Shown in pieces: positions 21,747-37,263 of a stretch of DNA of 64,000 nucleotides (positions within the stretch are counted from its first letter, which is position 1; each line of letters opens with the position of its first letter). The DNA comes from Chrysomallon squamiferum (lineage: Eukaryota; Animalia; Mollusca): positions 12,400,001-12,464,000 of the forward strand of contig CM022666.1 of the NCBI GenBank assembly GCA_012295275.1, read 5' to 3'. Both the position numbers and the translations under genes were made by a program. The notes under the pieces are model-generated. The model had not been told where the DNA came from, searched no databases, and was given only the letters and a program-made list of their open reading frames with translations.

Positions 21747-22614
21747 AATTATTTCTCTGTTCTACCAGAGACAAACTGATACTGGAGTTATTTCCCTTGT
21801 TCGTCTAGTTTCGCTCTCTGGAGTTTTAGCTTTTGTCAAAGAAAGATGATAAAACTTACATCAGTCAATAACCAAAGATTTTCTACATCAGAGAGATGAT
21901 CCATAGCCGAATTAGGCTCAAGTGTAAGCTCTTCTACTTGGCTATTAGTTCTCCATAAAACATCCGAATTTTTTCGCGGTTCTTTGACAAATCGTGATTT
22001 CGGATGAACGACTTCGCACGATCGAAATCATAGTTTTCCAGTGCAGAAGAGCTTATATCATGTCCCACCATTTCTGAGTCTATATTCATTTCGGCCATTG
22101 CTTAAACACTTTAAATTTGAAAAAAAATAAAGCGTCTACTTATGTTGTCATTTTTTTAAGAAATGGCTGACATCATTTCTTTCTGAGACCAAATACTGGT
22201 TTGAAATAAAAGAATAATAACAAGAACAAACAAACAAACAAATAATAATAATAATAATAATAATAAATAATAATAATAATAATAATAATAATTTAATTTT
22301 CACACACACACAGACATACACGTACTGTAAGTTGTCAGAATGCTGTAAAATTGATGAACTGAATAATACATTATTTGAAAGATAAATATTTGTTCGTACA
22401 GTGTAAATTATTATTATTGTTATTATTATTTCTTTCTTTCTTTTTTTTTTTTTTTTTTTTTGTATTTTTCATTTTCTTTAAAAATCATATAACCAGCAAA
22501 ATATAAATAAAGCTTTTAAATACATTATTTATGAAATTACTTAGAAACGTTTCCTGCAGGAAGTAATAATTTATTTTTCTTAAAACAAATGTAGAATACA
22601 TACTGGTAACAATG

Positions 22615-22825
22615 TCAATGAACTTGCAAAAATTCGTGTTTCCAAATCGATCGGTTGCTTTATATTCTACCGGAGTAAGACCTTTAGTGAAATTATACCC
22701 GGGTGGTAGACCTTTGACGATCTCTAGGCTATAGGGTCCGCAGTTTAAAAGCTCATCAATCACCACTGGGTCATATAATACTGTTGCTACGTCAGACTTG
22801 AAATTTGTATTCGCATAGAATGTTC
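22615..22825 (-). pseudogene. Orphan partial exon 6 (HYR2) fragment
   Basis: Encodes ...VIDELLNCGPYSLEIVKGLPPGYNFTKG... Fused upstream to the 150-bp repeat and followed directly by the family's 3' flank (21750-22420), so exons 7-12 are absent. Confidence 0.85.
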
Positions 22826-23195
22826 CATAGACACAATTGATACATATTCTTTTTGTTCAGTGGCGACACTGGTCGTGGGATGTGTTACTGACATCACCAC
22901 TTACAACACTGCATGTTTTATATTTATGTGTAACTGTTAGTTTACATGTGCTGATAATTGTGTTTTTATCATAACACATTCTTTTCTGTTCGTTAAAGCG
23001 TATCCTTGAGGTTTTCGTGGTTTTCTTCATTGTTTATTTTTTGTGTAGCTAGGTTAGTTCGTTTACCTTTTCATGTCAGTGAATACCTCTACAGTTAGAA
23101 AACGAAATGTTTTGAGTATGTCATGTGCTTTTTGTCGAGTTTCAGAATTATTGAAGTATGGTTTATTTCACTTCCAGATATCAGATGAACAATTC

Positions 23196-23790
23196 TTTGC
23201 TTTTTTTCTTCATCTACTTCTCGTTGAGAAGTGTTAAAATCCTTTGTTACATTGCACTGTGAAAAGACAGTTTGAAACAAGATGGAGTTCCAGACATGAT
23301 GCTGTGCAAGTAATCCACGAAGAGTGTGACAACGTTATTGCAAACCTTCAACACCTGCTGGAAGGAGAATGTTCAAGTGAAACCAAATCTGATGCAGGAT
23401 CGCTACTGAACTCTATTTAATAGTTCCCGTTTATAACTTTATTAAGTTTTTGGAACCCAGTTTTATCATCAGTGGAGAAAGTTTCAAAACATTTGCATGA
23501 TCCGAAAATGCGGTTCCACGAAGCTTCTTGGAATTATTCATATCTTGAATTTGAAGAATGAGAAAATTATTCACAGTGCAATACATTTGGCTAATGAATA
23601 GTGTGAAAATTGGGGAATACCAATTGCACGAACTTGGATTCAGAAGATGAAAAAGAAAGACAGAAATTAAAAAAGGAATGTTCAGACTTTGCAAATTATT
23701 GTGATATTAATGTGGCAGCCAATTAGTTACATGAGGAAATTATTGATTTTGTGATGTTCCTTCGAGGTGGAGGGAATAGAGTCCTGGTGT
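23196..23790 (+). mobile_element. hAT (ZMYM1-like/Tip100-type) transposase fragment
   Basis: Translates with stops to FSSSTSR*EVLK...KRQFETRWSSRHDAVQVI...FITLLSFWNPVL...VSKHL; TRWS is the hAT hallmark. Second copy at 58050-58380. Confidence 0.75.
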
Positions 23791-23898
23791 CAATGAATCG
23801 TAATAACTTTTGTCTTCAGAAATGTTTCTTAATCGCAGATTGTTGAAGATATCGTATTTTTAAAGAGGTACATGAAAATTAATTAATTGTAATTGGCC

Positions 23899-23955
<57 letters not shown>

Positions 23956-24475
23956 GATGGCTATAGATAGTTTCCTATATATACATACTCAGGTATGAGA
24001 GATAAAAATATAAATACTCCAGCTTAAAGTTTTTATCTTTCGCATAGTAAAGCAAATTTCACAGCTGTCTTTACTTCTTAGTTTACCAGGCCATGCGTTT
24101 GACATGATAACGTACTGCTACTGGTATAATATCAGTGATATTACACAGACTGTAAAATTATAATTGTAACCCCTTATATAAATGATCATTAAACATTTGA
24201 TTTGAATAATGGATACATACACACTTAATAGTAAAATGTATTGCAAGAATTTTTATATTTATGTAGGTAGGTTACCTAAAAACCCCTGTGTGTACTATCA
24301 TGCACAATATATTATGATATACGTATACTATATTGATAATGATTATTATTGTTGTTGCTGCTGCTGCTATTGACGTCGTCATCATGCGTCATTCACATCT
24401 TCATCATTGACATTCTTCATCTGATTATTTTTATAGTTTTTTTTTCATTCTTCATCAAGCTTCTTTTTTAATGTT

Positions 24476-24561
<86 letters not shown>

Positions 24562-25552
24562 ACACGCTCTAGCATTTGTATACCTAATCAAAGATGTGCA
24601 ATGATGGTTTTTAATTCTAACAGATTATGCCATAGTATATTTATTTGTTGGTTTGTTTGTCTATTTATTTATTTATTTATTTCAGTATGGCGACACCCTT
24701 GGGCGACCAGAATTGGCGACAACCAGTTCGAATTTCTGTTACTGTTTTGTTTTTCTTCGTTCAAACAGATTTATAATCAATATAAAACAGCATGATCCAA
24801 TTCTATAACTAAGGTTTTTAAAGTTCAACAAGAAAATAAAAAATAAAAAAATCATTAGATGTTCGGCCATTTCGGTCTTATAATATAGACAGGATGTTTT
24901 TTAGCCCAAAATCCTACCTCAGTTTTACATTAATTCATCGTTTTTAGGCAACAAGGCAACACCGAACTAAAACGATAAAATTCTTTAACTATCCGTAAAA
25001 ACAAACAAATTTAATTGAGTTGCCTGTTAATAAAGAAAAAAGAAAACTGTACGGCAGATGTAGAAAACAGTCTTGTTGATTAGCCTTTCTGTCCTTTCGT
25101 TTTGTCAGCTAGTCGGACGTAAAGGTTTAACACAGAAACGGCTTTTCGGAATCTCATGACTGGTGTCAGTAAATCGTTCAACTTAAAAAAACGTTTTTTC
25201 TTCTTGCTTTTCCGCGGATCATCGGTTGGGAATCTGTTTTCAAAAGTGACATATGTACATGATTATTACTTGAGATAATGCAAAATGTAAATTATAATGA
25301 TCTTTTCATACTGACGAAAACAGATGAAATTAACTTACTGATTATGTCAGTCTGGTGTAAACACGTCAAGGTATATAAAAAGGCAAATGGAATTGTTAAC
25401 TCTATGAGCCACTCAAAACTTGTTGATCCGAGTTCATATTAAAAAATGTCAAACTTTCTCTGGCGATGTCTGTGTGAAACAACAACAACAACAACTGCAA
25501 TAACAATAACAGCAACAACAATAATAACAACAACAACAACAACAACAACAAC

Positions 25553-25589
<37 letters not shown>

Positions 25590-26381
25590 CAGCAAGTGAA
25601 AGGAAACGTATTTCTGCAAAACTGGAAAAATTGATTATAAATTTATAAAGAAAAAGAATCAGAAAATAAAAAGAAGTAAAACGAACATTTATTATGCGAC
25701 AGCAGGAGTATACATTTTTTTTAAACTAAAAATATTTCATAGCGCAGTCGGTGCCTGTCGACCAAAATATATCCATACTGAAGTCTTCAGGCCATGACAT
25801 GATTTAAAATCAGGCCTAATTGTTGCAGAATACACAAAAGGATTTGAAAAACTGTTTATGTATGATGAATAAAGAATATCCCAAATTATATGTTATATCG
25901 GAACCGGTGAAATGTTTTTTTAAATACTTAATATTCGATTTCTTCTGCAGAAAATACCACGTTTGAAGAACTCCAGAAATACCTAAATTTCTTTAAAGTA
26001 AGACGTAGGAATAAAACAATGGTAATTATACAGACACTATAAAGATAATTATGTATAAAGAAAAAGTATATTTGTAGTTCTAGAATATTTAAGAAGCAAT
26101 GGTTTGTTTAACGACGCATTCGTTTCAGTTTTAATACACATTTATATGTCGTTATTTCATGCGAAATTAATGAACAGAGGAAAAGCATGACTCATTAATT
26201 GCAGCAACTATATATAAATAATTATTTAAACAATAAAAGTCTCAAGATTTGATTTAAAAAACAAAATACGAGTGTTGTTTCTCCAATAACGAAGTAAATG
26301 GACTAATTTTGAAAGTTTGCTATGGAGAGATCACATTAAAGTATTCTGTGTTTCTTAAAACAATTATCCAAAGTAAACGAT

Positions 26382-26412
<31 letters not shown>

Positions 26413-26968
26413 TCTTTTTTGTCATGTTAACTGCTACTATCTAAGAAAAGAAAATGGCTGCTTGCATTGACACCTGGGATAGGTCGTTCCCGCACAAACC
26501 CGCAAATAAAACTATATCACAATAATATGCGTTTAATTCTGTTCAAAAGAAATAAAAGACACAGACTCCACCCTTTGTTAACTTTCTTATGTAGCCTTTA
26601 AGTGTGTAACTGTTTAGTTCTTAAAAGAGAATGCATCTAATATGCAGTACCTGTTAAGAAATTAATTAAAATATATTTATCTTCCATTTTCTTAAAGTTT
26701 TCTTATGCAATAATTGTACTAAAATGGCATCCAGGGAGGAATATTAGAAAAGAAAATAATTGTCTTTTAGAATAAAATAAATTAGTATAAACATTAATTA
26801 AAATGTCTTTGAAAATAATTGTAATTAATTCGGTTTAATTACATCGTAAAAATAAATTAAATGCTTTCTTAGTGTTTATATTTTATAAATATTTATAATC
26901 ATTTTAGTCTTACATATTAATGAATTAATGTTTTGAATATTCCGCCTCCCGTTATTACCTAGATATTT

Positions 26969-26974
26969 TATAAA
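26969..26974 (+). promoter_or_regulatory. Candidate TATA box of copy D
   Basis: TATAAA about 118 nt upstream of ATG 27087, preceded by CCGCCTCCC at 26942. Confidence 0.35.
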
Positions 26975-27845
26975 CTGAGGTGTACACGACATGTGTGACA
27001 TAAACTGCAAGTTGCTAGACACGAAGAAACATATTTGGTGGTAGTGCAGTGCTTGGAGTCTGTTCAGTGAAAATATTTGTGGAACAATGGCAGAGGTTTG
27101 TATCATTATTAAATTTTCATTCAAAATATTATAGCGTTATTCTCCTTTTGTCATGAATTAATAAAAATAAAACCTATTTATATACTTCCATCTATAAGTC
27201 TGTCATTATGTTTTATTTGTAGGTATCTGGAAAATTTGTTGTTTTTGTTATCATCTATTTACTTTGTCTGACGTTATCATCGAATGTCCCAATAAACACT
27301 GATTGTAAGCGATGTGGAACAAACGAAACGACGTAAGTATTATGTTGAATATAACAATTCTTTACTGAGTATTTAGTGCTTCGTTCATAATGATTATAAA
27401 TATTATTTTTACAAAATATTTGGTAACAGCCATTACACTCGTTTACTGGTGTCGTAACGTCCACGTGTACAGTGTCTATTGAAAGTTATATTTTTCTGAC
27501 AACACTAGAAGAAACTGTTGAGCAAACGACTCCGCCTGTATGACTTCATCTCATTACTATAGAACAATGCGCAGCCCATTTGTGTTAAACTGAACTGTTT
27601 TGTTCTTATACTCTCTAATTAAATTATTAAAAACATATTATTAAAATACAAAGTAGAAATAAAACACAGTATTCAGAATAAATTCATACTATTCTTTTTG
27701 TATCACCAAACAAAAAAAAACAAAATTATTTGTTTCAGATGTCCGCCTGGTTGTTTAGACTACAACATGACTATTACACAGACAAACTACACACGGTAGA
27801 GCAATTTACTTTTCAAATAATTGATTTATTTGTGTGTGTGTGAGT

Positions 27846-27974
<129 letters not shown>

Positions 27975-28371
27975 AATGGAATAGTAATTCCAAATTTATT
28001 TTTCGGTTTCAGATTTCACAGAAAAAAAAGAGGTAAGCGTATAAAAGGAGATTTTTGATGACATATACATTTTTTTATTATCCTCGTATTTTATTTCAGA
28101 CTAAGCAGATAAAGCTGATTGATGAAATATTTATTACAACTCACACAGTTTTCTTTTTTACAGTAGGCCCACATCCGTTCATGTATTGTTCACATACAAA
28201 CACAATCACACACCCGCAAACCAAGAAAACAAAAAAGAACATCAACAACAAATCAAACAATCAAACATTTCCTCTGAGTTATATATATACGTGTATAGGT
28301 TTTGTATGTATATATGTATGTGTGTGTGTAGTGTATGATTTTGAGTATTGTTCATCTTATGCACATCTGAT

Positions 28372-28536
28372 TAGACTCTGTACTTAGACAATATTCGGGA
28401 ACGTACTGGCGCAGGAGGACAAAGTCCAATCACGACCTCACAAACCCGTCAGATGCCGCTGACGAGACTCGAACGTATGGCACCCATTCTCCCGCACTCC
28501 GAATGCGGACGATGTTACTGTTCGGCCATCGAGACG
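28372..28536 (-). mobile_element. tRNA-derived SINE-like relic in intron 4 of copy D
   Basis: Minus strand has an A-box-like TGGCCGAACAG and a B-box GTTCGAGTC about 50 nt apart. Absent from intron 4 of B and F; a short remnant is present in G near 63300. Confidence 0.45.
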
Positions 28537-29389
28537 AACTTTAGAAAAAGGTTGCTCAATAGCCGAGGGTACTTATCGCTTCCCACGAAGCACGCCGTTC
28601 TTTGTCTGTATCTATGTATATAGTATGTATATATGAATATATGTAAATATATGTATAGGTAGCTATTTTTTTCTACACATGTTTGTATATGTCTGTTTGC
28701 ATATACAAGTGCATCTGTGTATGTATATGTTAGCATAACGTAGCAATAGAAGATTTATTCTCGGCGTTGTTATTTTAGCTTATTTGCCGGAGTTCCCAGA
28801 CATCAGCTTTGTTAACTGTCCTGTTGGTGGTGCCTACGCCTGTCCTATCCGAGGCACAAAGGTAGGCATTGTTAAGTGGGATCCCCTGAAGGTGGTGTCC
28901 AGCAAACACGATAATGTGAAAATATAAACAAATTATGGGCTTGCCTCCCTGGAGATTATTTCCTTTAGGTTTTACAAGGATTGGATACATGGCGGAACAT
29001 CCATCTGGCGCTAGAGCTTACTGCTACTTTCGAGCCTACGTGACAAGTATGTCTTTGTGTTTCTGTATATGTGCATACATACACATATATACAACATACA
29101 TGCATGGATACATATACAGCCATATATCTTGTTTATTAATGTGTTTGTGGGGTGTGTGTGTGTGTGTTTTGTGTGATACGTCTCAAGTATTGATATATGA
29201 GAAACAGTTTTGCTGTGTATATGCATGTTTCTGTGTATGTTTGTGGTGCACCTGTGTATTCTTTATGTTTGTGCTTAAGCCTGTATATATATATAATTTA
29301 TGTATGTGTGTGGTATGCTTGTGTATATGTGTCTTCCTCTAATTTTGCTTGAAAATAACTTGATGAAAACAAACTGGGGCAATAATTGT

Positions 29390-30510
29390 TATATATTCGT
29401 TAACGAGTGTTCCATTATGAATTGTTTGGTGCAAAAATCATGGTAATAGATAGGTTAACAGAAACTGGAAGAAATGTTTGCCAAGTGTGGTAGGTTTTAA
29501 AAATACACACTTAATAACGGGTATTACCACCTCTTGAATTGACCACTGCAGTGCACAGAATTGACCAAAGTGTTGAATTCTGCCTGTGGAATATTGTTCC
29601 ATTCCTGAATGATCACTTGACGAAGTTCGTTGACGTAGTTCGTTGACGTTAGACGGTGTATTGGGACGACGCCTCGTTCGTCTTTCCAGACTGTCCCAGA
29701 TATGCTCAATGGAGTTAACATCGGGAATTTTAGCTGGCCAGTCATCAATGTTATTTGTCCTAAGAACATTTACACTGTCTCTAGCTGTATGAGAGGTGGC
29801 ATTATCATGCTGAAAAATCGAGATGTTGCTATGGAACAGAGGAATGACAGCCAGGACGCCATCGCGATAACGTTGAGCATTTAAATCGCCATCAATGAGA
29901 AGAAGTGGTGAACTATTACCACGGGCAGTGACTGCTCGCACCTTGACAGAACCCCCACCCCCGAAACGATCTCGTTCAAGAACACAACAGTCAGCATAAC
30001 GTTCATTTCTCCCACGGCAGACGCGCACCCTGCCATCATCACGTTGTAAAGAAAATCTGGATTCACCCGAAAAAAGAACGGTATTCCAGCGTCGCCGTAT
30101 ACAACGAGTGTTTTTCCCAATTAAGACGATTTAGACGATGACGTTACGTTAAAACGTATCCGACGTAAGCACGTCGTCCATATAAACCGTCCTCTCGTAG
30201 ACGATTACGGACAGTTTGCCCGCTGATTCGGTTATTACGAAGCCCAGGTGTGTTAGCAGCAGTAGCAGTGGCAGTTTGGAGTCGATTGCGCAAAGGCCTG
30301 TTCTGACACAGCGATCTTCACCATGCGTTGTAACAGGCGGACGTCCACGACGTGACAGGTTGCTGTGCTTCCTGTCGTTTGAAATCTTACGCGAAGATTT
30401 GGTGTCTCTCCACTACAACACAACCAGGCCTTGCAACGTCTTCTGTCGACACACCAGCACCAAGCATGCCAATCGCCCGTTCACGTAAATATTAGGTATT
30501 CTTAGCATAT
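29390..30510 (-). mobile_element. Tc1/mariner transposase pseudogene in intron 5 of copy D
   Basis: ORF 29438-30028 has GGGSV..., FQHDNATSH and WPAKIPDVNSIEHIWDSLERR (Tc1 DD34E-type catalytic motifs); the HTH region lies near 30490. Frameshifted; TIRs not resolved. Confidence 0.9.
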
Positions 30511-30663
30511 TACAATACAAAAAAAGTTTTTTTTTTTTTTTTTTTTTTTTGCAAATTGTTTGCCGTCTTCGTTCACTTGACAACTGAAATTAACTGAAAT
30601 ACAATTAATCCGTTCCAGCCCCTAAAAAAACACCCCATTTCTTTTTATTTATTTATTTTTCTT

Positions 30664-30699
<36 letters not shown>

Positions 30700-30789
30700 G
30701 TGCTCATAAATAAGAAAAATGTATTTGTAAATGATAAAATAAAAGAGAATAAAATAAACAAATAAATTGGTTTTGTAAAGTGTATTTAT

Positions 30790-31180
30790 CTTGGAGATCA
30801 GACAAATTAGTTTAATGCCTTGGGCTGAAGATACAGCCTTTTATCGACTTCTGCTTCACTGTGGTACGTATCGTAGAAGTCCCACGCTTCTACTGCCTAG
30901 CCAAGTGTACTACACGCACACCTCGCTCATGTTTTTCTAGCATTTCAAGCTTTAATTCAATAGACGTTATCCGCTTATCCGCTTCTTGTTCTCAGCATTG
31001 TCCTTTGCACTCACCGTCTTAGGATCCATGGTCAGAAAAAGAAGTTTGCAAAATACTGCACAAAACGCGAATGTTGTATTGTGCTGTTCATAACTCGGGC
31101 TCTTTAGCTTCCAACTCAAACCAAAAAGTAACCGGGCGAATGCTCGTAAGTCGGAAAACTCGTAAGTTGGTGCACTCCTA
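30790..31180 (-). mobile_element. Tigger/pogo element 5' fragment (CENP-B-type HTH)
   Basis: ATG 31029 gives MDPKTVSAKDNAENKKR; after an 8-bp duplication frameshift it reads ITSIELKLEMLEKHERGVRVVHLARQ*KRGTSTIRT. Terminal CAACTTACGAGTTTTCCGACTTACGAG repeats resemble pogo ends. Confidence 0.75.
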
Positions 31181-31233
31181 AGTGGATTTATATATGTAAT
31201 TAGGGTTTGTATGTGTATCTGTTCGTATATATA

Positions 31234-31298
<65 letters not shown>

Positions 31299-31901
31299 GT
31301 ATATATATATAATTGATCTGTTTGCTTGTGTGTTTGCGTGTCTACACAGAGCAAAGAAATGATAATAGAAATTGTCAGAGTCTATATTTCTTTGAATTCT
31401 GGCAACAGACTTCATTTATTTACTTATTTGCTTTTTCTCATAGAAACCTTTAAACCGACTTTTAAGGAGTGTATAGACGGAATATTCTACTGAAAATACA
31501 AATTTCATGTCTGACGTAGCCACAGTATTATATCACCCAGTGGTGATTGATGAGCTTTTAAATTGCGGACCCTATAGCCTAGAGATCGTCAAAGGTCTGC
31601 CAGCTGGGTATAATTTCACTAAAGGTCTTACTCCGGTAGAATATAAAGCAACCGACCGGTTTGGAAATACGAATTTCTGCAAGTTCATTGTCAATGTTAC
31701 CAGTATGTATTTTATATTTATTTTAAGAACAAATAATTATTACTGTGTGCAGAGGAATGTTTCTAAGTAATTTCATGAATTACGTATTTAAAAACTTTGT
31801 TTTTGTTTTGCTGTAATGTGGTTTTTAAAGAAAAAATATAAAAAACAAAAAACATTTAAATTTTGATATTTTTCTTATACTTAAGAGCATTTCGAATTTA
31901 C

Positions 31902-31977
<76 letters not shown>

Positions 31978-32730
31978 GCAGCAGCGCTATACTGCGACAG
32001 CCCTAAGTTTAGTGATAGGTTTGTTATAATACACTGTCGTGATGGTTACAGTGTGGGGTGCTGGTGCGATCTGACGTGCAAATTCCAGTTCAAACTGAAA
32101 GGAGCCGATCATATTCAGTGTCGAAGAATGGAAGTAAAAAGTCGGATACCTCAACGACCAAGAGCATTCTGGAGCCGTGGCAAAACACAGATTGAACCCA
32201 CGTGTGCAGGTAGGTAACAGGCGAGGTTATAGTGATCTTGAAGGAAATTTTACTTAGTGACTTACAATATAGAATGATTAATGATGAAAAAACGTTTATA
32301 CAGAACTTTAAACAATTTTACTTATTAACGTAGAGTATACAATGATTAATTTTTGTTAACCAGCTTTCATACAGTTCTGAGTTTAATTTTATTTGGTGCA
32401 AATCTCGTAATGTTCTAACATATCCGTATGATCATCATTCAGGGTTGTCGAAAATCCGTTTTGAAAAGTGTCCTGAACGAGCTATTAGAATGAACACGAT
32501 TAATGGCAGAAAGGTTCGTGTTACATGGCCGGATGTGCAGGCCAGAGCTGACGTGGGAGATATAACTGTTACTGAACTGGAAGGACCCAAACCAGGATCG
32601 TTAATGGGAGTCGGCACAATGTCGATTAAATACATGGCCCACAGTGAACTGAATGAAACTCTGTTCTGCAACTTCACAGTCGTTATTAATGGTAATATAC
32701 ATATATTTGATTTGATTTTATTGAGTTATT

Positions 32731-32787
<57 letters not shown>

Positions 32788-33298
32788 TATTTATTATTGT
32801 TGTTTTTTTCTTTATTATTATTTTTATGTTTCATTTTTCATCATTATTATTTTTTCCTTCTGTCTTAAGAATAACGAAATGACAAAGTTAAGAATGTTTG
32901 TTCGGTACTAATGACATTTAGGGTTGCCTTTAATCTTGCATAAAATATTTGCCAAGTACCCTATGATATCACGACTCCAGTCATAAAAGTGGATCAGCTC
33001 AGTTCACGTCGTTTCTATCACTAACAGCATTACTGCTATACTTTATGATGACAAGTCGCCCAAAACAAATAAATTAATAACCGCTACATGAACACTGTAA
33101 GCATCAGAAAATAATTCATGAAATATCGATGGATACTTTTTAAGTGAAGCTGTTTGTGAGTGAGATAGGCAAAAAGTATATCATTAAATATATATTTTGT
33201 GATGCTTAGTTATTACTGGATTGTTTTGGGCGATCTACCGTCATTAATAACAAAGTAAGAAAAACGTAATGCTATATATCCATCTATCTATCTATCTA

Positions 33299-33442
<144 letters not shown>

Positions 33443-35010
33443 ATTCCTGATTATATAATATGTATATTTAATATATATCAGGAATTCGACTGTTATTTAT
33501 AAATTGCCCAGAAAAGAATCTTACTGCAGAAAATGAAGATAAAAGCTTTTCGGCAGTAGTTACTTGGCCAGAAATAAAGATTGACACAAACTCAAAAGAC
33601 ATCACACTACGTCAAACAGAGGGACCCCCTTCTGGTTCGGAATTCTCTGGAAATACAACCATCGAGTACAAGGCGCATGACTTAAGCGGAAACTCTATTA
33701 CTTGTAGATTCTTTGTAAATATCCACTGTAAGTATGATAGCTGTGATTTCTTATGTGCTCTCTCTAAACATTTCAGGGATAAGGTATAAAATTTGGTTCA
33801 GTATAAATAACGATATTAATTATGAAGCAGCATGTTATAGATTAGAAGAGAGTAATTCAGATAATTTATCAATTATCATCATCATCACATTATTATCATC
33901 ATTATTATCATCTCACGATCGTCACTCTCACCATCATCATGACATTATCATTATCAACATCATCATTTTATTGTTATCATCATGACATCATCATCATCCT
34001 CGTCGTCATTATCATCTTCATCATACATCATTAGGATATATGTGGATGAAACCATCAAACCTAGACTGAATAGACATCATATGTGTTATGCAGACACTGA
34101 GAAGGTGTATATATTGTTGCTAAAGGATAAGAGTGCTTCCTAGAGTTTCTACACCACAGCTATACGGAGTCTTTACCTCTCTGATAACCGTTAATATTTA
34201 TTACTATAATCATCATCATCAACATCGTCATCATCATCATTACTATTATGATTATTATTATTATTATATTGTTACTATTGAAGCTTTTGTAGGTTATTTA
34301 TTCATTCACTCATTTATATTTATCTCATACAGTGGTGCAGTGCAGCAAACCTAAATTTGTTACGAATAACATGATGATTATTTGTGACATGAAGCACGTC
34401 ATAGGCTCACACTGTACCATGCGCTGCTTTGAATCGTATCCTATAGTCGGTACCAAGGCGGCAAACTGTGTTAACAAAGGTTCTAAGACAGATCGTAAAC
34501 TTGAATGGGTGTTGGAAGGAGAGGAAACTCCTGAATGTCCAGGTACATATATTAAAGACAGATATTTTTGATCAAACTGTACTGTTAGTGTCGAAAACTG
34601 GTTATAATCTAATAGTGAACTTACTATAATATTATGAACAGTGAACTGTTACCGGAATATTTTCCTTTTATTATTGTTTTTAAACCATGATCCTGAATGG
34701 ACAAAATAATCTACATCTCTGAGGTCTGCGTCCTAGTTAGCCTTATGGCTTCACCGGTCCTGTATGCATGTATGTGAATGCATGTATGTATGTATGTATG
34801 TATGTATGTATGTATAGGTATGTATTAATTTATGTATTATGTATATCTATATATATTATTGTATGTATATATGTGTGCCTGTGCATATTTTATGTAGGTA
34901 TGTATATAGTAAATGTATACTTGTGTGCACGTTTGGGTGTATATATATGTATCAAGGAATGAATATTCTGTTCTCTGACTACATATCTACATTGATAGAT
35001 AGATTAAATA

Positions 35011-35017
35011 GACAGAC

Positions 35018-35089
<72 letters not shown>
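35011..35089. repeat. (GATA)n microsatellite in intron 10 of D
   Basis: Direct reading of the sequence. Confidence 0.95.
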
Positions 35090-35943
35090 TCACATACACA
35101 CGAACAGACATAATACACACTATATATTTTTCAGTACCTCACTGCGAACCCCTTTTAGCACCACACAATGGAGCTCTGATATGTCTCGCTAAGACTGTAT
35201 GCATGGCTTTCTGCAACCAGCAATATGACATGGAACAAACGGACATAGGTGCGTTAGGTATGGTAAAATGTCCATATCTAATGTTTAGTTGGACTCCTGA
35301 AGGCGCCGGTGACTGTAGCCGTGAGTTGACACTTATATTAACAAGAGAAATAATATAAATATGTTCTGTGTACTTTCAAACTGCTACCAAAACTATTATT
35401 ACTATTACCACTACTACTGCAATTGCTACTTCTGTTATTACTATTACTACTACTATCACTACAACTACTAGTACAGCTTTTAATGCTACTTCTTCAACTA
35501 ATGCTATCACTAATTCAATACTGCTAGTACTAGTATACAGCTTCGGCTGCTACTTAGTAATTTCTGCTGCTACTTACTAGTTTCTACTATTGCTATTTAT
35601 TCATTTCTACTGCAACTGGTACCATTACTACTACTACTATGATCTATTCTCCACAGAGGTGAGGGATAAACCAGAGAGCGGGCCTGGATTTTTTCGAGGG
35701 TCGTGTCACGATCCTTTAGAGGCAAAAAAGCTGAAGTTAAGAGGAGTGGCTGAGTTTTGCAAGTCACTCGTGTGGGCATCTGACTGTCCTTGGACTGCAG
35801 AAGATATAGAAATGAGCTGTGGCATGGACCCATAAATTCTAAGTTCAGCTAGGACAACAAAAAAGATAGAAACAAAAATAAAAAAGCAAATAGACAATGA
35901 CTGGTAGTTCGAGTTCGCTGCCTTCCGTCTATGATCATTTTAC

Positions 35944-35980
<37 letters not shown>

Positions 35981-36367
35981 TAAAAAAAAAATAAATAAAA
36001 CAGACATGAATAAAGTGGATAAAAAACATAACTTGTGGTTTGCTTGATATTTGCATACGATAAGAAGTGTAAGAAGAAATGTACAGTAGCAGTCATGGGT
36101 GTTGAAAGCAGAAGGGTTCAGTGGGAACAACTTCCATCTCGACTTGAAATTCTTTAATCAAAATATGAACCGCTAAATCTACAAGTCTTTTTCTTGTTTT
36201 CTTTTCTTTTTTGCAGTGTCAAAAGTTTTGTATGAAAGCAGAATACAAAATAATTTGTTTTTCTTAAAATAAAAAATATAAATTGCTCTCTCTTCTGTAA
36301 AACGTATATAAAATGCTAAATGCTAAAGTTTTGTATGAAAGCAGAATACAAGGTTTAGATGAAAATA

Positions 36368-36485
<118 letters not shown>

Positions 36486-37224
36486 GACAGTTGCGTGGTT
36501 GTTGTTTTGTTACTGTCATTTTATTTTTGATGATGTTATTGTGTTCGATCTATTAAATCCATTACTGATGAAGATTTTAACTAGAATATCGTTACAGAAA
36601 AATCAGGGCTTTACACTCCATTCATATGAACGATAATTCAGTATTGACGAGTCCGATATACACGAGCCTGTCTGTACAGAAATTTGAATTAAAACTAATT
36701 AAAACTTATTTACTTGTTAATTATAATTCTGGCACACATTCTTAGATGCTGACTGGTTGTAGCATTTTATTTCATAAGTTTGACTGATTACAGTTTTATA
36801 TTAGGTTATCTAAATTAAAACCGGTATACGTCTCAACAAATTAGATATTAAATAAGAAAGAAAACAGAAAGGAAACTCAATATAACACAATTTGGCAATG
36901 TTATCAGTACATATATAATAAGTTTCAACAGATGTTAACAAAAAAGAAATGAAATAAAAAATAATCATTTACACTATACGACCAAATGTTTATTTTTCAA
37001 ATAATGGAATTATTCAGTTTATAAATTTTACAACTTCTTGACAACTAACATGTGTGAGTCTATGCATGTAAAAACATTTGTGTGTGTCTGTGTCTATGTA
37101 TTTGCATGTGTTTGTGTGCGTGTGTGTGTGCATGTGTGTATGTCTGCATGTGTGAGTGTCTCTATATGTGTGTATGAAAATGAAACTATTATTATTATTA
37201 TTATTATTATTATTTATTTTATTT

Positions 37225-37263
<39 letters not shown>

